From a virus (taxonomy: Duplodnaviria; Caudoviricetes): a stretch of 30,265 bases of DNA. The notes beneath the pieces are model-generated. The model was not told the DNA's origin. It worked only from the letters and a program-made list of their open reading frames with translations, and searched no databases. The stretch lies in IMG/VR virus record IMGVR_UViG_3300025372_000028, positions 1 to 30,265 of that record; one strand, 5' to 3'. The position numbers were made by a program, and so were the translations under genes. Below, in pieces: positions 18,348 to 26,752 of the stretch; the first letter of the stretch is position 1; every line of letters begins with the position of its first letter.

Positions 18348-19433
18348 TTAGACTTGCGTCAAGTAGCTGGTGTCTGTCTGACCACCCATCGTGAAAGTCA
18401 CGACTGGAGCTGTCGTAACAACCGAAGCGGTTGCGTTGACAACTGGCGTTGGCGAAGAAGTGTAGATACCGCCATCATAAATCACCGCGCCAGTAGCAGT
18501 GATACCACCGCTGGAGATTGGAGCCTTGATGTTAGCATTACGCGTCTTAACCAAACCCGACTGGGTGTATGGATTGGTGTAGGCTGCTGCGGTCGTTGGG
18601 AACGCGTCTTCTGCCGTGATCTGAGCGACCGTACCAGAAAGACCTGCACCAGCCGTACCGGCTGCGTAAGCCGTGATCGACCAGCACATGATACCCGTTG
18701 CTGCTGCGCTCGAACCGCCGCCACCTGCGAAAGAAAGCGTTGGAAGCGAGGTCTGACCACCCTGACCGTGGTCGAGGCAGAGAACCGCAGTAACCGTGTT
18801 AGCGCCCGTGAGCGTTGCGGTTGCTGCTGCGTTGTAGCCCTGCGTCACGCCGTTCACGCCTTCGCGCGGGTCGTTGATGAACACAACGGTTGGAGCCGAA
18901 GCATAACCAGCGCCTTGGTTGGTGACAGTGACCGAAGTAACTGCACTTCCCGTAAGCGTTGCGTAACCGGTTGCCTGAACGCCGCCCGCAGGAGGTGCTT
19001 GGAACTGGACGATTGGTGGGTAGGTGTAGTTCGTGCCGCCGTTGGTAACGGTAACAGTCGTGCTGACTGCACCGCCGACAATTGCTTTCCAGATCGAACC
19101 GCCAGCCGAAGCCGTAACCGTTGGAGCCGAAGTGTAGGACGAACCACCGTTCGTAACCAATGCACCGACGAGAGCGCCGGTCTGGTTTGCGAGGCGATAG
19201 TTAACACCATCCGAGTAGATATAGCGAACGCCGCCCTGATGGTCGCCGTTGCCGATGTTGCGCCAGATACCCGTGATCGGATCGTACTGCTGAACAACGG
19301 TGTAAAGACCGGTGTTCACCATATACCAACCTGCTGGGCTGATCAGTTGAACCTGACCAGACTGCAACGTGATTACGTTAGTGGCTACACCCTTCAGAGA
19401 AGGTAATACGCCAGAACCTGAAAAGAGACCCAT
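18348..19433 (-). CDS. Capsid decoration/head-fibre-like protein with Gly-rich beta repeats (361 aa)
   Basis: Directly follows the MCP with an AAGGAG RBS and precedes the hairpin. Contains VTNGGSSYTSAPTV-type repeats. Confidence 0.6.
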   Translation of the reverse strand: MGLFSGSGVLPSLKGVATNVITLQSGQVQLISPAGWYMVNTGLYTVVQQYDPITGIWRNIGNGDHQGGVRYIYSDGVNYRLANQTGALVGALVTNGGSSYTSAPTVTASAGGSIWKAIVGGAVSTTVTVTNGGTNYTYPPIVQFQAPPAGGVQATGYATLTGSAVTSVTVTNQGAGYASAPTVVFINDPREGVNGVTQGYNAAATATLTGANTVTAVLCLDHGQGGQTSLPTLSFAGGGGSSAAATGIMCWSITAYAAGTAGAGLSGTVAQITAEDAFPTTAAAYTNPYTQSGLVKTRNANIKAPISSGGITATGAVIYDGGIYTSSPTPVVNATASVVTTAPVVTFTMGGQTDTSYLTQV

Positions 19434-19446
19434 GTGCTCTTACTCC

Positions 19447-20517
19447 TTAAATGACTGCTGGATACGTGCCGGGAACGTTCGGCCATGCTGCACCGGTAAT
19501 ACCCTGAATTTGGGCACCGGATGAAGGCTTGGCGCAAACGAGATCGGCTGCCGAGATCAGAACACCGATGTCCGAAATCTGACCAACTGGAATCTGGCTT
19601 TCGAAACCAGAGAACGTCATTGGTGCATACTCAGACATGTAAAGACCGGTGTAACGCGAGTTTACCACAATGCAAGTGCCGAGTGGGCAGAATGGATCGG
19701 GGAAGATCGGCGTATCAAGAACACGGATAGCACGGAAGCCCGCATTAACCGCATCGTCTTTTTCGTAAATCGACCGAGGCTTTGTGGTGAACATTTCAAG
19801 CGACATGAAGTCGGACATGAGTTCTGCCCAGTTGGCAGGGTTCATAACCGCATAATCAGGTGCTTCGCCGCCAGCGCCCGCTTGAATACGGGTGAGAAGC
19901 TGGGCCATACCAACGCGGGTCGTTGCAGCCGCGCCGGTGTTGGTGATTAGCTGACCCGACCAGAACGAGCCGGGAGTACGCGAAATGCCACCATATGATG
20001 GAACGTTCGTGCCGTCGTCATAAGCTTGCGTCAACGAGTCCCAAACTTGGGTGTTGGCGTAGTTGTTGGAATAAAGCGCCTGAGCGTAGGCTTGCTTGAT
20101 AACAACCGCTGCGTCCGACATCACTGCGCGAAGCTTAGGAATAACAACTTCGGACGACTGGATAATTGCTTCCATTCCGAAGAAGCCAACTGGAACCATA
20201 CCAAGCTTGAGCGAGAACTGAGCGTTCTGGATTGCTGCCTGATCGGTTGGCATTGGGAAGTCGCCAGCAAACGAACCCCAGTTGAAGGAAACGAAAGACG
20301 ATCCCTGTACTGGAATGGTAATCTGGCTGACACCGCCGCGTGCAGCTTTGGCGTTCGACATGAACAAGCTGAGAAGCGGATGTGACTGATAAATCTGTAC
20401 GTATACAGAAGGCAAGAAAGCACGCCGCGTAAGTGCGGCAAGCTGTGCGCCAAGCGCGCCTGAAGGGGTAATACCGCTTCCGGTCAGCGTGGCTACTGGG
20501 GAGGTAGGTAGAGCCAT
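19447..20517 (-). CDS. Major capsid protein (356 aa)
   Basis: Size and position after the scaffold fit. It has HK97-fold-like features: N-arm LTRRAFLP..YVQIY..PL, GG..ITIP E-loop, spine helix ending QALY, PDYAVMNP..W, and IFPDPFCP.G. Confidence 0.85.
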   Translation of the reverse strand: MALPTSPVATLTGSGITPSGALGAQLAALTRRAFLPSVYVQIYQSHPLLSLFMSNAKAARGGVSQITIPVQGSSFVSFNWGSFAGDFPMPTDQAAIQNAQFSLKLGMVPVGFFGMEAIIQSSEVVIPKLRAVMSDAAVVIKQAYAQALYSNNYANTQVWDSLTQAYDDGTNVPSYGGISRTPGSFWSGQLITNTGAAATTRVGMAQLLTRIQAGAGGEAPDYAVMNPANWAELMSDFMSLEMFTTKPRSIYEKDDAVNAGFRAIRVLDTPIFPDPFCPLGTCIVVNSRYTGLYMSEYAPMTFSGFESQIPVGQISDIGVLISAADLVCAKPSSGAQIQGITGAAWPNVPGTYPAVI

Positions 20518-20533
20518 TGGTTACGTCCTTTTA

Positions 20534-21121
20534 TTACGCCGCGCGACCGAGCGTGTCCCGGACATACTTGTCAGGGTCGGCTACAAATTCGGTAAGCTGT
20601 GAGTCCATGTAACCCATAGGGTCACGATGAAGTTCAACTAGTGCATCGTTGCGGTTTTTGGACCCGAATAGATCGAGGTCTTGCGGTGCCCAAGTTGGAC
20701 CTGCAACCTTTGCTGGCGGAGCCTTGCTGGCGACATACGCGGCAGCGGCTTCTGCGTCCGAATAATTGCCCGTTGACTTCATACGATCAATCATCTGATT
20801 GAAGCCTTCTTCAGTCAGATTATAGTCGCGACGGGCTTTTTCGAGTTGTTCTTCAAGTTTTAACTTCGTGCGCTCTTCATCGGCGGCACGTTTTTCATCA
20901 AGACGCTCTTCAAGAAGCTTTTCGTATCTGTCTTCAAGAGTCTTGATCTTGTTCAAGTGTGGCTCAACGATTGGGGCAAACATATCCTCAGTCGTTTTAA
21001 CGTCGTCCCAACGGGCCTTAGCCGCTTGTTGGATTTTTTTACCGACTTCACCGTCGTTCCAAAGTGCGTCAATCAACTCTTTGGAGCGCTGAAGAGCAAT
21101 TTGATCTGGGGTCATAGCCAT
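20534..21121 (-). CDS. Capsid scaffolding protein (195 aa)
   Basis: Charged coiled-coil protein immediately upstream of the MCP. Confidence 0.65.
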   Translation of the reverse strand: MAMTPDQIALQRSKELIDALWNDGEVGKKIQQAAKARWDDVKTTEDMFAPIVEPHLNKIKTLEDRYEKLLEERLDEKRAADEERTKLKLEEQLEKARRDYNLTEEGFNQMIDRMKSTGNYSDAEAAAAYVASKAPPAKVAGPTWAPQDLDLFGSKNRNDALVELHRDPMGYMDSQLTEFVADPDKYVRDTLGRAA

Positions 21122-21124
21122 GGT

Positions 21125-21343
21125 TTACTTCCGACCTTCTGGAGCCGTCGAACCGTTTTTGCCCGAATTACGTGCGGCATCGTCGCCAACGTGTTCGAGG
21201 CTGCGGATGTGGTTGGTGCCGTCAGTTGGAAGACCCGACTTGCGTGCGCCAATTCCCATCGTTGGGAACTCAACGTACTGCATAACGCTGCGATCTTCTT
21301 TAACGTCGTTAACGTATGGGGTAGGAACTTTTCCTTGTGCCAT
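21125..21343 (-). CDS. Hypothetical protein (72 aa)
   Basis: AGGAG RBS 6 nt before the ATG, tightly packed in the head operon. Confidence 0.75.
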   Translation of the reverse strand: MAQGKVPTPYVNDVKEDRSVMQYVEFPTMGIGARKSGLPTDGTNHIRSLEHVGDDAARNSGKNGSTAPEGRK

Positions 21344-21352
21344 AACTTACTC

Positions 21353-21778
21353 CTATGCGCCCATTGGCGGGGTTGGTGGTGGTGGAGCGCCCGCTCCGGG
21401 TCCGCCGGGTGGTGGACCACCGGGCATCATACCAGCCATATTAGGCTGTGTCTTAGCGGCACGCGCCATTTCCATCAATTGTTGAATGGCGCCCATCTGA
21501 TCGCCTTGTGCGCCACCTTCTTTTTCAAGGTGCTTGCCGATGTCGGCAACGGCTTTAAGAACGGATTGATGGAGTGCTGAACCCATTGGCAACTGGGGGA
21601 GTGCTTTTTGAAGCGACTCAAGACCCACTTTCAAAGCTGCCATTCCTTGCTGACCTGAACCAGCCATAGGTCCGGCCATGCTCGCTGGCCCCGCGCCACC
21701 CATAGGTGGCATCGCGCCAGGAAGTCCGGGAGCGCCGGGGGCTGGGCCACCGGGCATTGGCATGGGCGGTAAAGCCAT
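21353..21778 (-). CDS. Pro/Gly/Met-rich head-operon protein (141 aa)
   Basis: Low-complexity PGM tails flank an amphipathic helical core. Confidence 0.75.
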   Translation of the reverse strand: MALPPMPMPGGPAPGAPGLPGAMPPMGGAGPASMAGPMAGSGQQGMAALKVGLESLQKALPQLPMGSALHQSVLKAVADIGKHLEKEGGAQGDQMGAIQQLMEMARAAKTQPNMAGMMPGGPPPGGPGAGAPPPPTPPMGA

Positions 21779-21805
21779 AATTTACACTCTCTAAACTAAA
21801 ACAGT

Positions 21806-21847
21806 TTATTTACGAGTAGAACGCTTTTTAGAACGGCAAGAAGCCAT
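21806..21847 (-). CDS. Basic micropeptide C, MASCRSKKRSTRK (13 aa)
   Basis: AGGAG (21856-21860) lies 8 nt before the ATG. TAA stop. 6 of 13 residues are K/R. Confidence 0.6.
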   Translation of the reverse strand: MASCRSKKRSTRK

Positions 21848-21864
21848 GTGACCGACTCCTAAAA

Positions 21865-21900
21865 TTACTTGCGCTTAACGCGACGCGAACCATAAGCCAT
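21865..21900 (-). CDS. Basic micropeptide B, MAYGSRRVKRK (11 aa)
   Basis: AGGAG (21907-21911) lies 6 nt before the ATG. TAA stop. 5 of 11 residues are K/R. Confidence 0.6.
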   Translation of the reverse strand: MAYGSRRVKRK

Positions 21901-21913
21901 GTTAGTCTCCTAT

Positions 21914-21952
21914 AAAAAATGAAAGACGGAGACTGTTGAGTCCCCGTCTTCC
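21914..21952 (-). terminator. Intrinsic terminator between micropeptides A and B
   Basis: Minus-strand GGAAGACGGGGACU-CAAC-AGUCUCCGUCUUUC followed by AUUUUUU. The stem needs G-U pairs, so it is specific to the minus strand. Confidence 0.75.
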
Positions 21953-21962
21953 GAAACCACAA

Positions 21963-22028
21963 TTACTTGCGGCCCTTGCGGTGCATCTTACGGCCACGCT
22001 TTTCGGCGATTTCAGAAACGTCAAACAT
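21963..22028 (-). CDS. Basic micropeptide A, MFDVSEIAEKRGRKMHRKGRK (21 aa)
   Basis: AGGAG (22036-22040) lies 7 nt before the ATG. TAA stop. 8 of the last 12 residues are K/R. Confidence 0.7.
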   Translation of the reverse strand: MFDVSEIAEKRGRKMHRKGRK

Positions 22029-22083
22029 AGTTAAACTCCTATTGCTGGGAACGTTGAGAGAGCTTACCATCTCAACAGACATC

Positions 22084-22113
22084 AGATTACGTTGGCTATA
22101 AGAGCCTTGTCAA
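22084..22113 (-). promoter_or_regulatory. Sigma70-like promoter for the micropeptide/head operon
   Basis: Minus strand TTGACA (22113-22108), 18-nt spacer, TAATCT (22089-22084), with AT-rich upstream sequence. A promoter is needed here because the portal points away. Confidence 0.55.
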
Positions 22114-22163
22114 TATATAATTGAGAAAAGCTGTGGTTTATCAAAACGATAGGATGGGATGAT

Positions 22164-23942
22164 ATGCACATACCTAAACGCGATCTCGAATCATTCGCTC
22201 GAAACTTGGCGAATATTTGTATGTCGTCCCGACAGGCGAGACAAAATCGTGGAGCCTTTTTCGAGTCTTACGCCATGTCTGGTTCAGCTGACGCAGCTGC
22301 TCCAGCAATGTTTAACAAGACTTACGCATCACTCGATGATCTCGAATCACTTCTTTTTTCTCCGGTGTCTTTACGCTTCGCCATCACCGATCCTGATCTT
22401 CCAAACGTTGTCAACGAATCTAAAGGTCGGGCTGCTGCGGCACGCATTAGAAAATTCTGCCGCCAGACTGATTCGGACAACAAGATTTCCCAAGCCGTCG
22501 GAATTGCTCTCCGCAAAGGTCTTGGCCTCTTAAAATTGAACACCGTCAACAAAGAATTTAGCACGCAGCTGGTGCAGCCAGAAAACTTTGGCGTGTTGCA
22601 CGAGAATTACACGGCGCTTGATGCGGACATGGAAGCGTTTACGCACCGCATGATCATTACGCCCGCGCAATTTCGCAACCTTATTCGCGGTCGTCCTGAC
22701 GAAGACGAATTGAAAGAACGTGCCAAGACGCACATGAAAGGTATTTCTGGCGGCATGAAAGACGCATCTGCGTCAGCCATGAATATTGTGACGGGCGGGC
22801 TTTACCCGTTCCAAGCTGCGGGCAGCGGTCTTCCAAACCAAAGCCGCGGCCTTGTTGACTGGATGTCGCAACCTAAAGCCGACATCGATCCAGCCGTTGA
22901 ATCAGCCATGCTTGAACTGGACGAGCTTTGGGTATGGGATGACAACCGTGGTGATTGGACAACATTCCAGATCATTGGCGAAGACATTCTGATCGGTGGT
23001 AAGTACCAGCTAACCAGTTCGTTCTCCTACAACACTCACGCAAAACAAACTGACCCTGTTCTCAAGGGTAGCCATCCGTTCAGCCTGTTCTGCGCCAATC
23101 CGGTGCCGGATTATTTTTGGGGCGCATCGGAAGTTACGCGTCTTGTTCTTCTCCAAGAAGCCATCAACTCACGCATCACAGGCATCAACAAGATGCTTCG
23201 CAAACAAGAAGAGCCCGCCACCAAGTTTGTCGGCTCGACCGGCGTAAACCAACAGGCACTCTCTCGCTTCAACAAGCCGGGTGGTTACTGGACTGACTCC
23301 AACCCGAACGCCAAGATCGAGCGTGACAACATTCAAATCCCAGAAGCTTTGTGGGCCTCGCTCCATGAGTACGAGCGTATGTTTGACGAGATGATGGGTC
23401 TGCCGCCAATCGCCAAAGGTCAAGGCGAACAGGGTGTGCGCTCTGCTCAACACGCCGAAACATTGGTACGTATGTTCTCGCCGCGCTTCAAAGACCGTGC
23501 GCTCCTCATCGAGCGTGACGTTGAAAAGTTTGGCGCTCTCATGCTCGACATGGCCCGCGCTCACGTCGATCAAAAGATGATTGCATGGGTTCCAAAAGAC
23601 GCTGCCGGATTTGAAAATTCTGCGGCGCCAGGCGAAGAAGCCTTGTTGATCCCGCCAGCCAAAGGTCTTGTGCCGGTCACATTCACTTTTGCTGATTTGC
23701 CGGATGACGTGTCGCTCACCGTTGACTCGCACTCCTCGTCGCCAGCGTTCTCGCAAGACGCCAAGGAACTTGCGTTCAGCCTACAGCGCATCGGCGCGAT
23801 GTCACCATCGGAACTCGTCGATCATGTGGACGTTACCGATCCAGACGAGCTGCGCGCCAATATCATGCGCCGCGAAATTGCTCACGCAGAAGCAGCTGCC
23901 AAAGAGCAAGAAATGAAAGCGCAAACCCACAAAAAGAAGTAA
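22164..23942 (+). CDS. Portal protein (592 aa), inverted relative to the rest of the module
   Basis: PF.LF..NP...YFWG.SEV..L..LQ..IN.R...I...L, and FDEMMGL....GQ...GVRSA are motifs of P22/T7-like portals. Size and position between terminase and scaffold fit. Confidence 0.8.
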   Translation: MHIPKRDLESFARNLANICMSSRQARQNRGAFFESYAMSGSADAAAPAMFNKTYASLDDLESLLFSPVSLRFAITDPDLPNVVNESKGRAAAARIRKFCRQTDSDNKISQAVGIALRKGLGLLKLNTVNKEFSTQLVQPENFGVLHENYTALDADMEAFTHRMIITPAQFRNLIRGRPDEDELKERAKTHMKGISGGMKDASASAMNIVTGGLYPFQAAGSGLPNQSRGLVDWMSQPKADIDPAVESAMLELDELWVWDDNRGDWTTFQIIGEDILIGGKYQLTSSFSYNTHAKQTDPVLKGSHPFSLFCANPVPDYFWGASEVTRLVLLQEAINSRITGINKMLRKQEEPATKFVGSTGVNQQALSRFNKPGGYWTDSNPNAKIERDNIQIPEALWASLHEYERMFDEMMGLPPIAKGQGEQGVRSAQHAETLVRMFSPRFKDRALLIERDVEKFGALMLDMARAHVDQKMIAWVPKDAAGFENSAAPGEEALLIPPAKGLVPVTFTFADLPDDVSLTVDSHSSSPAFSQDAKELAFSLQRIGAMSPSELVDHVDVTDPDELRANIMRREIAHAEAAAKEQEMKAQTHKKK

Positions 23943-23965
23943 GGGGCCGAAGCCCCTTATTTTTT
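23940..23965. terminator. Bidirectional intrinsic terminator between convergent genes
   Basis: taaggggc-cgaa-gcccctta followed by tttttt on + and preceded by A-rich sequence. The TAA stops of both flanking genes form the base of the stem. Confidence 0.85.
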
Positions 23966-24538
23966 ACCCGTCGGTTCTGTCCTCATCACCCGTAACGGTG
24001 ACTGCCCGTTTTTAACTTCGGGCAGTTGGATAGATCCCGGATTAAGGGCTGCTCCGCGGAACGCCCCCGCAATAGCCCGACGACCCAACAAGTCAGCTTG
24101 TTTCTTGTTGATGCCCGCTGCCTGCAACCCGCGACCGCCAAAATAGTTGTCAGCCAATGTCTGCTGCTGGCCCGGTAATTTTGGTGCGACCGCTTCGCCT
24201 TGACGGATGTTATCCTTCAAATCCGTCATCTGATAATCTTCCATGACGATACGAGCGGTCTCATCGACAGCCTTCACGACAATCTTGTTACCGATTTGCC
24301 CCGGACCTTGACCAGACTCCAACATCCGCTGGAAGTTATCCATCTGCTTTTTCATAGCCACTAATTCTTGCTTCACGATGCAAGCTTTGCTGGGGCATGG
24401 CGGATCGTTGATCGGAATGGCTTTGTACGTCCGTGTATATTCATGGTCGCACAATTCGCACTTGTACCTGATCTTGTACTTAGTCGGTTCCAAGAAAGTA
24501 TCAGACTTATTCATGTTGATCTCCAACGTGACGGTCAT
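23957..24538 (-). CDS. Zinc-ribbon protein (FmdB-like N-terminus)
   Basis: YKCELCDHEY...CPSKAC (two Cys pairs). The real start may be ATG 24514, which has GGAG upstream. Confidence 0.7.
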   Translation of the reverse strand: MTVTLEINMNKSDTFLEPTKYKIRYKCELCDHEYTRTYKAIPINDPPCPSKACIVKQELVAMKKQMDNFQRMLESGQGPGQIGNKIVVKAVDETARIVMEDYQMTDLKDNIRQGEAVAPKLPGQQQTLADNYFGGRGLQAAGINKKQADLLGRRAIAGAFRGAALNPGSIQLPEVKNGQSPLRVMRTEPTGKK

Positions 24539-24539
24539 A

Positions 24540-24869
24540 TCAATCTTCCATTTTCTTGTAAGCGATAGGAACCATATCTAACCTTTGACCACCCGCATTA
24601 TGCTGCGCCCAATACTGATCGTAAACCCACTTTACGTTGGCTCCGTCATATGAACGGGTTACACGCCAGACCGCCGGAGCAACATTCACGCCGTCCGTCA
24701 CATAGACTGCGCGTCCCGTGTACGGAAAGTTGACGCTAACCTCCGGCAATTCCTCAAATCCTTTTGGAATTTTGGTTTCTGTCACCACAGGTGTTTCATC
24801 AAACAGCGACTCCGGTGTTGGTGCCGGTGCCTCTGATTTAGCGCGAAATTTAACGTCTGCTCTACTCAT
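24540..24869 (-). CDS. Hypothetical protein (109 aa)
   Basis: ATG 24869 overlaps the terminase stop (ATGA) and has GGAG upstream. Confidence 0.7.
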   Translation of the reverse strand: MSRADVKFRAKSEAPAPTPESLFDETPVVTETKIPKGFEELPEVSVNFPYTGRAVYVTDGVNVAPAVWRVTRSYDGANVKWVYDQYWAQHNAGGQRLDMVPIAYKKMED

Positions 24870-26752
24870 AATCCATACTCCGTTTGCCATGCAGGGGGTT
24901 CGGGTTCATCGTCCGCATGATCTTCCATCGTCTTCAAAAAGTTGTACACGATCCGGTTGACCGTGGTTGCGACCGCTGGCTTCTCACCTTTCTGAGCGTT
25001 CATCACCGCATCATAGGTTAGACCTTGAGCCATCATGTCTTTTTGCGTCCAGTCTTTCCAAGCACGAACCGCAAACGCCATGGCGAACACTCGATCGTCT
25101 TTGCAATTTTCGTCGCGTGACTCTGGCGCACCGATGTGCCCGTTATCGACAACCACCAACGACATTTCGTTCAGCAACGAACGGGAGTTGATGTTCAACT
25201 CGTTCGACACATAACAACCGCGAAGCTGGTGCATCAGAATTGACTGGGTATTCCAGTTAGTCTGGAAGCCGATCACATAACCGGCACCCATCGAGTCAGG
25301 CCGCTTGTACAGATACATCCGTGCGTGCGAACCGGCGTCTTCCCATCCACGGGCTTTCACCCGCGAAGCGTTGCTTTCTAGTGAAAGCAATTGCCGGAGA
25401 TGATCGAACTCGCCAAGAACAAGTGCGCCCGGCCCACCGATTTCGGGGTTGACGAGACAATCGACATAGGCAGACGACAAATGGAACAATACCCAAGCCG
25501 CGTGTTTGGCCTCAACATCTGCGGTACAATACTCCGCGACTTGTACAACTCGGTCTGCGAAGCACCGCCATACTGAGATGACGTGGTGGTCTTTGTGGTC
25601 GTTACGCCCGTAGGCAGGGTCCATACCGATAACATACTTTGCTCCTTCAACCGGTTCTTCCCAGACTTTTAACTCGATGTCGTCGGGGCTATCAATGCCC
25701 GGCTTCAGCTCAATCATTTTGAAATTGAAGAAGTCGCCGTCCACTTCATACCGGTACGCTTTGTAGCGCACCATCTCTTCGTCCAACCGCTTCATATCCG
25801 CCGTAATCACGCGGGTTTGGAAGAACGAATAACCCGTTTGAACAAACGCTTGTTCGGCAGTCCATGGTTGGTTTTGATCCAACAAAGCCGCTTCGGCGCC
25901 CGCCGCTTCGGTTTTCCACCGTATCCAAGCCAATTGTTCAGCCGTGATCTTATGGCCGTAATTCTCTTGTACGACGTCGATCATTTCTTTCTCTTCGAAC
26001 TCCGGCGGGTGCAAACCGTGTTGCAAGAACCGCGGGTCTTTCCGTGGTATCCGGTTCGTGTCGCCAGCCCACCAGCCGACAAAGAAAGACTTCGCCGACA
26101 GCGGGTCATTCAAGCCATCGACATACCGTGTACGCCAATGGTTAAACCCTTTTGCTGTCGACTCATAAATAAACAAACGGTTAGGGTTTGTTTGAGCAAA
26201 ACCTTCCTCAAGCGACTTCAATCCTTCCGCCGAGCCGTAAGCCGCAACTTCCGTCAAATGTCCGAAGGCATAACCGACACCTTCGCCCCATGACGTTCCT
26301 TTGTCCTTCGTACCGGCCACCAACAAATCCAACCGTGCCCCGTTGGAGAACTGCAACATTTGCCGGTTGGATCGAACGATCTTGAACGTGTCACCGAAGT
26401 AGCCGTCAGGAAACGACTCAACATACTTTTCCAACAACATACGGTTGGCTTCGCGGTTCTTCTCGGTGTCCGTCACCAGGCACCCGATGATGTTCGGGTG
26501 CAGTGCCATCCAGAACACGTCAATTGCCAGCGACACTGTGGTGACGCCAAGTTGGCGGGACTTCAGGCAATAGAACTTGTGGATGTCACTATCGAGACCA
26601 GTGCCGACCTCATGGATGAAGCGGCGTTGCGATTCCCACAGCTCCAGCTTTGACCCACGCTCGTCTTGCGAAATCGCTTCCTTGGATGAAATACGAATAT
26701 CACCAATGAAGTCTTGAAACAGTTTGAGCCATTTCGATGATTTTACCGCCAT
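24866..26752 (-). CDS. terL: Terminase large subunit
   Basis: Walker A LKSRQLGVTT, Walker B HLTE, coupling motif ESTAKG, and RNase H-like nuclease motifs VIGMDPAYG and DDRVFAMA. Likely start is MAVKSS at 26752. Confidence 0.93.
   Translation of the reverse strand: MAVKSSKWLKLFQDFIGDIRISSKEAISQDERGSKLELWESQRRFIHEVGTGLDSDIHKFYCLKSRQLGVTTVSLAIDVFWMALHPNIIGCLVTDTEKNREANRMLLEKYVESFPDGYFGDTFKIVRSNRQMLQFSNGARLDLLVAGTKDKGTSWGEGVGYAFGHLTEVAAYGSAEGLKSLEEGFAQTNPNRLFIYESTAKGFNHWRTRYVDGLNDPLSAKSFFVGWWAGDTNRIPRKDPRFLQHGLHPPEFEEKEMIDVVQENYGHKITAEQLAWIRWKTEAAGAEAALLDQNQPWTAEQAFVQTGYSFFQTRVITADMKRLDEEMVRYKAYRYEVDGDFFNFKMIELKPGIDSPDDIELKVWEEPVEGAKYVIGMDPAYGRNDHKDHHVISVWRCFADRVVQVAEYCTADVEAKHAAWVLFHLSSAYVDCLVNPEIGGPGALVLGEFDHLRQLLSLESNASRVKARGWEDAGSHARMYLYKRPDSMGAGYVIGFQTNWNTQSILMHQLRGCYVSNELNINSRSLLNEMSLVVVDNGHIGAPESRDENCKDDRVFAMAFAVRAWKDWTQKDMMAQGLTYDAVMNAQKGEKPAVATTVNRIVYNFLKTMEDHADDEPEPPAWQTEYGL

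Noticed and set aside
18354-19406. 350-aa plus-strand ORF opposite the decoration-like gene
   Set aside because: Antisense shadow caused by biased codon use. The translation is Arg/Cys-rich with no motif and no RBS.
20534-20560. Scaffold ends in -AA, resembling a ClpXP degron
   Set aside because: Two residues are too little evidence without host identity or conservation data.
22040-23960. Portal as an active invertible (phase-variable) segment
   Set aside because: No flanking inverted repeats or invertase seen, and the terminator is fitted to the present orientation.
26230-26275. Terminase Walker B reads HLTE instead of hhhhDE
   Set aside because: The catalytic Glu is retained and HxSE/TE variants are common in this terminase group, so it is not evidence of inactivation.
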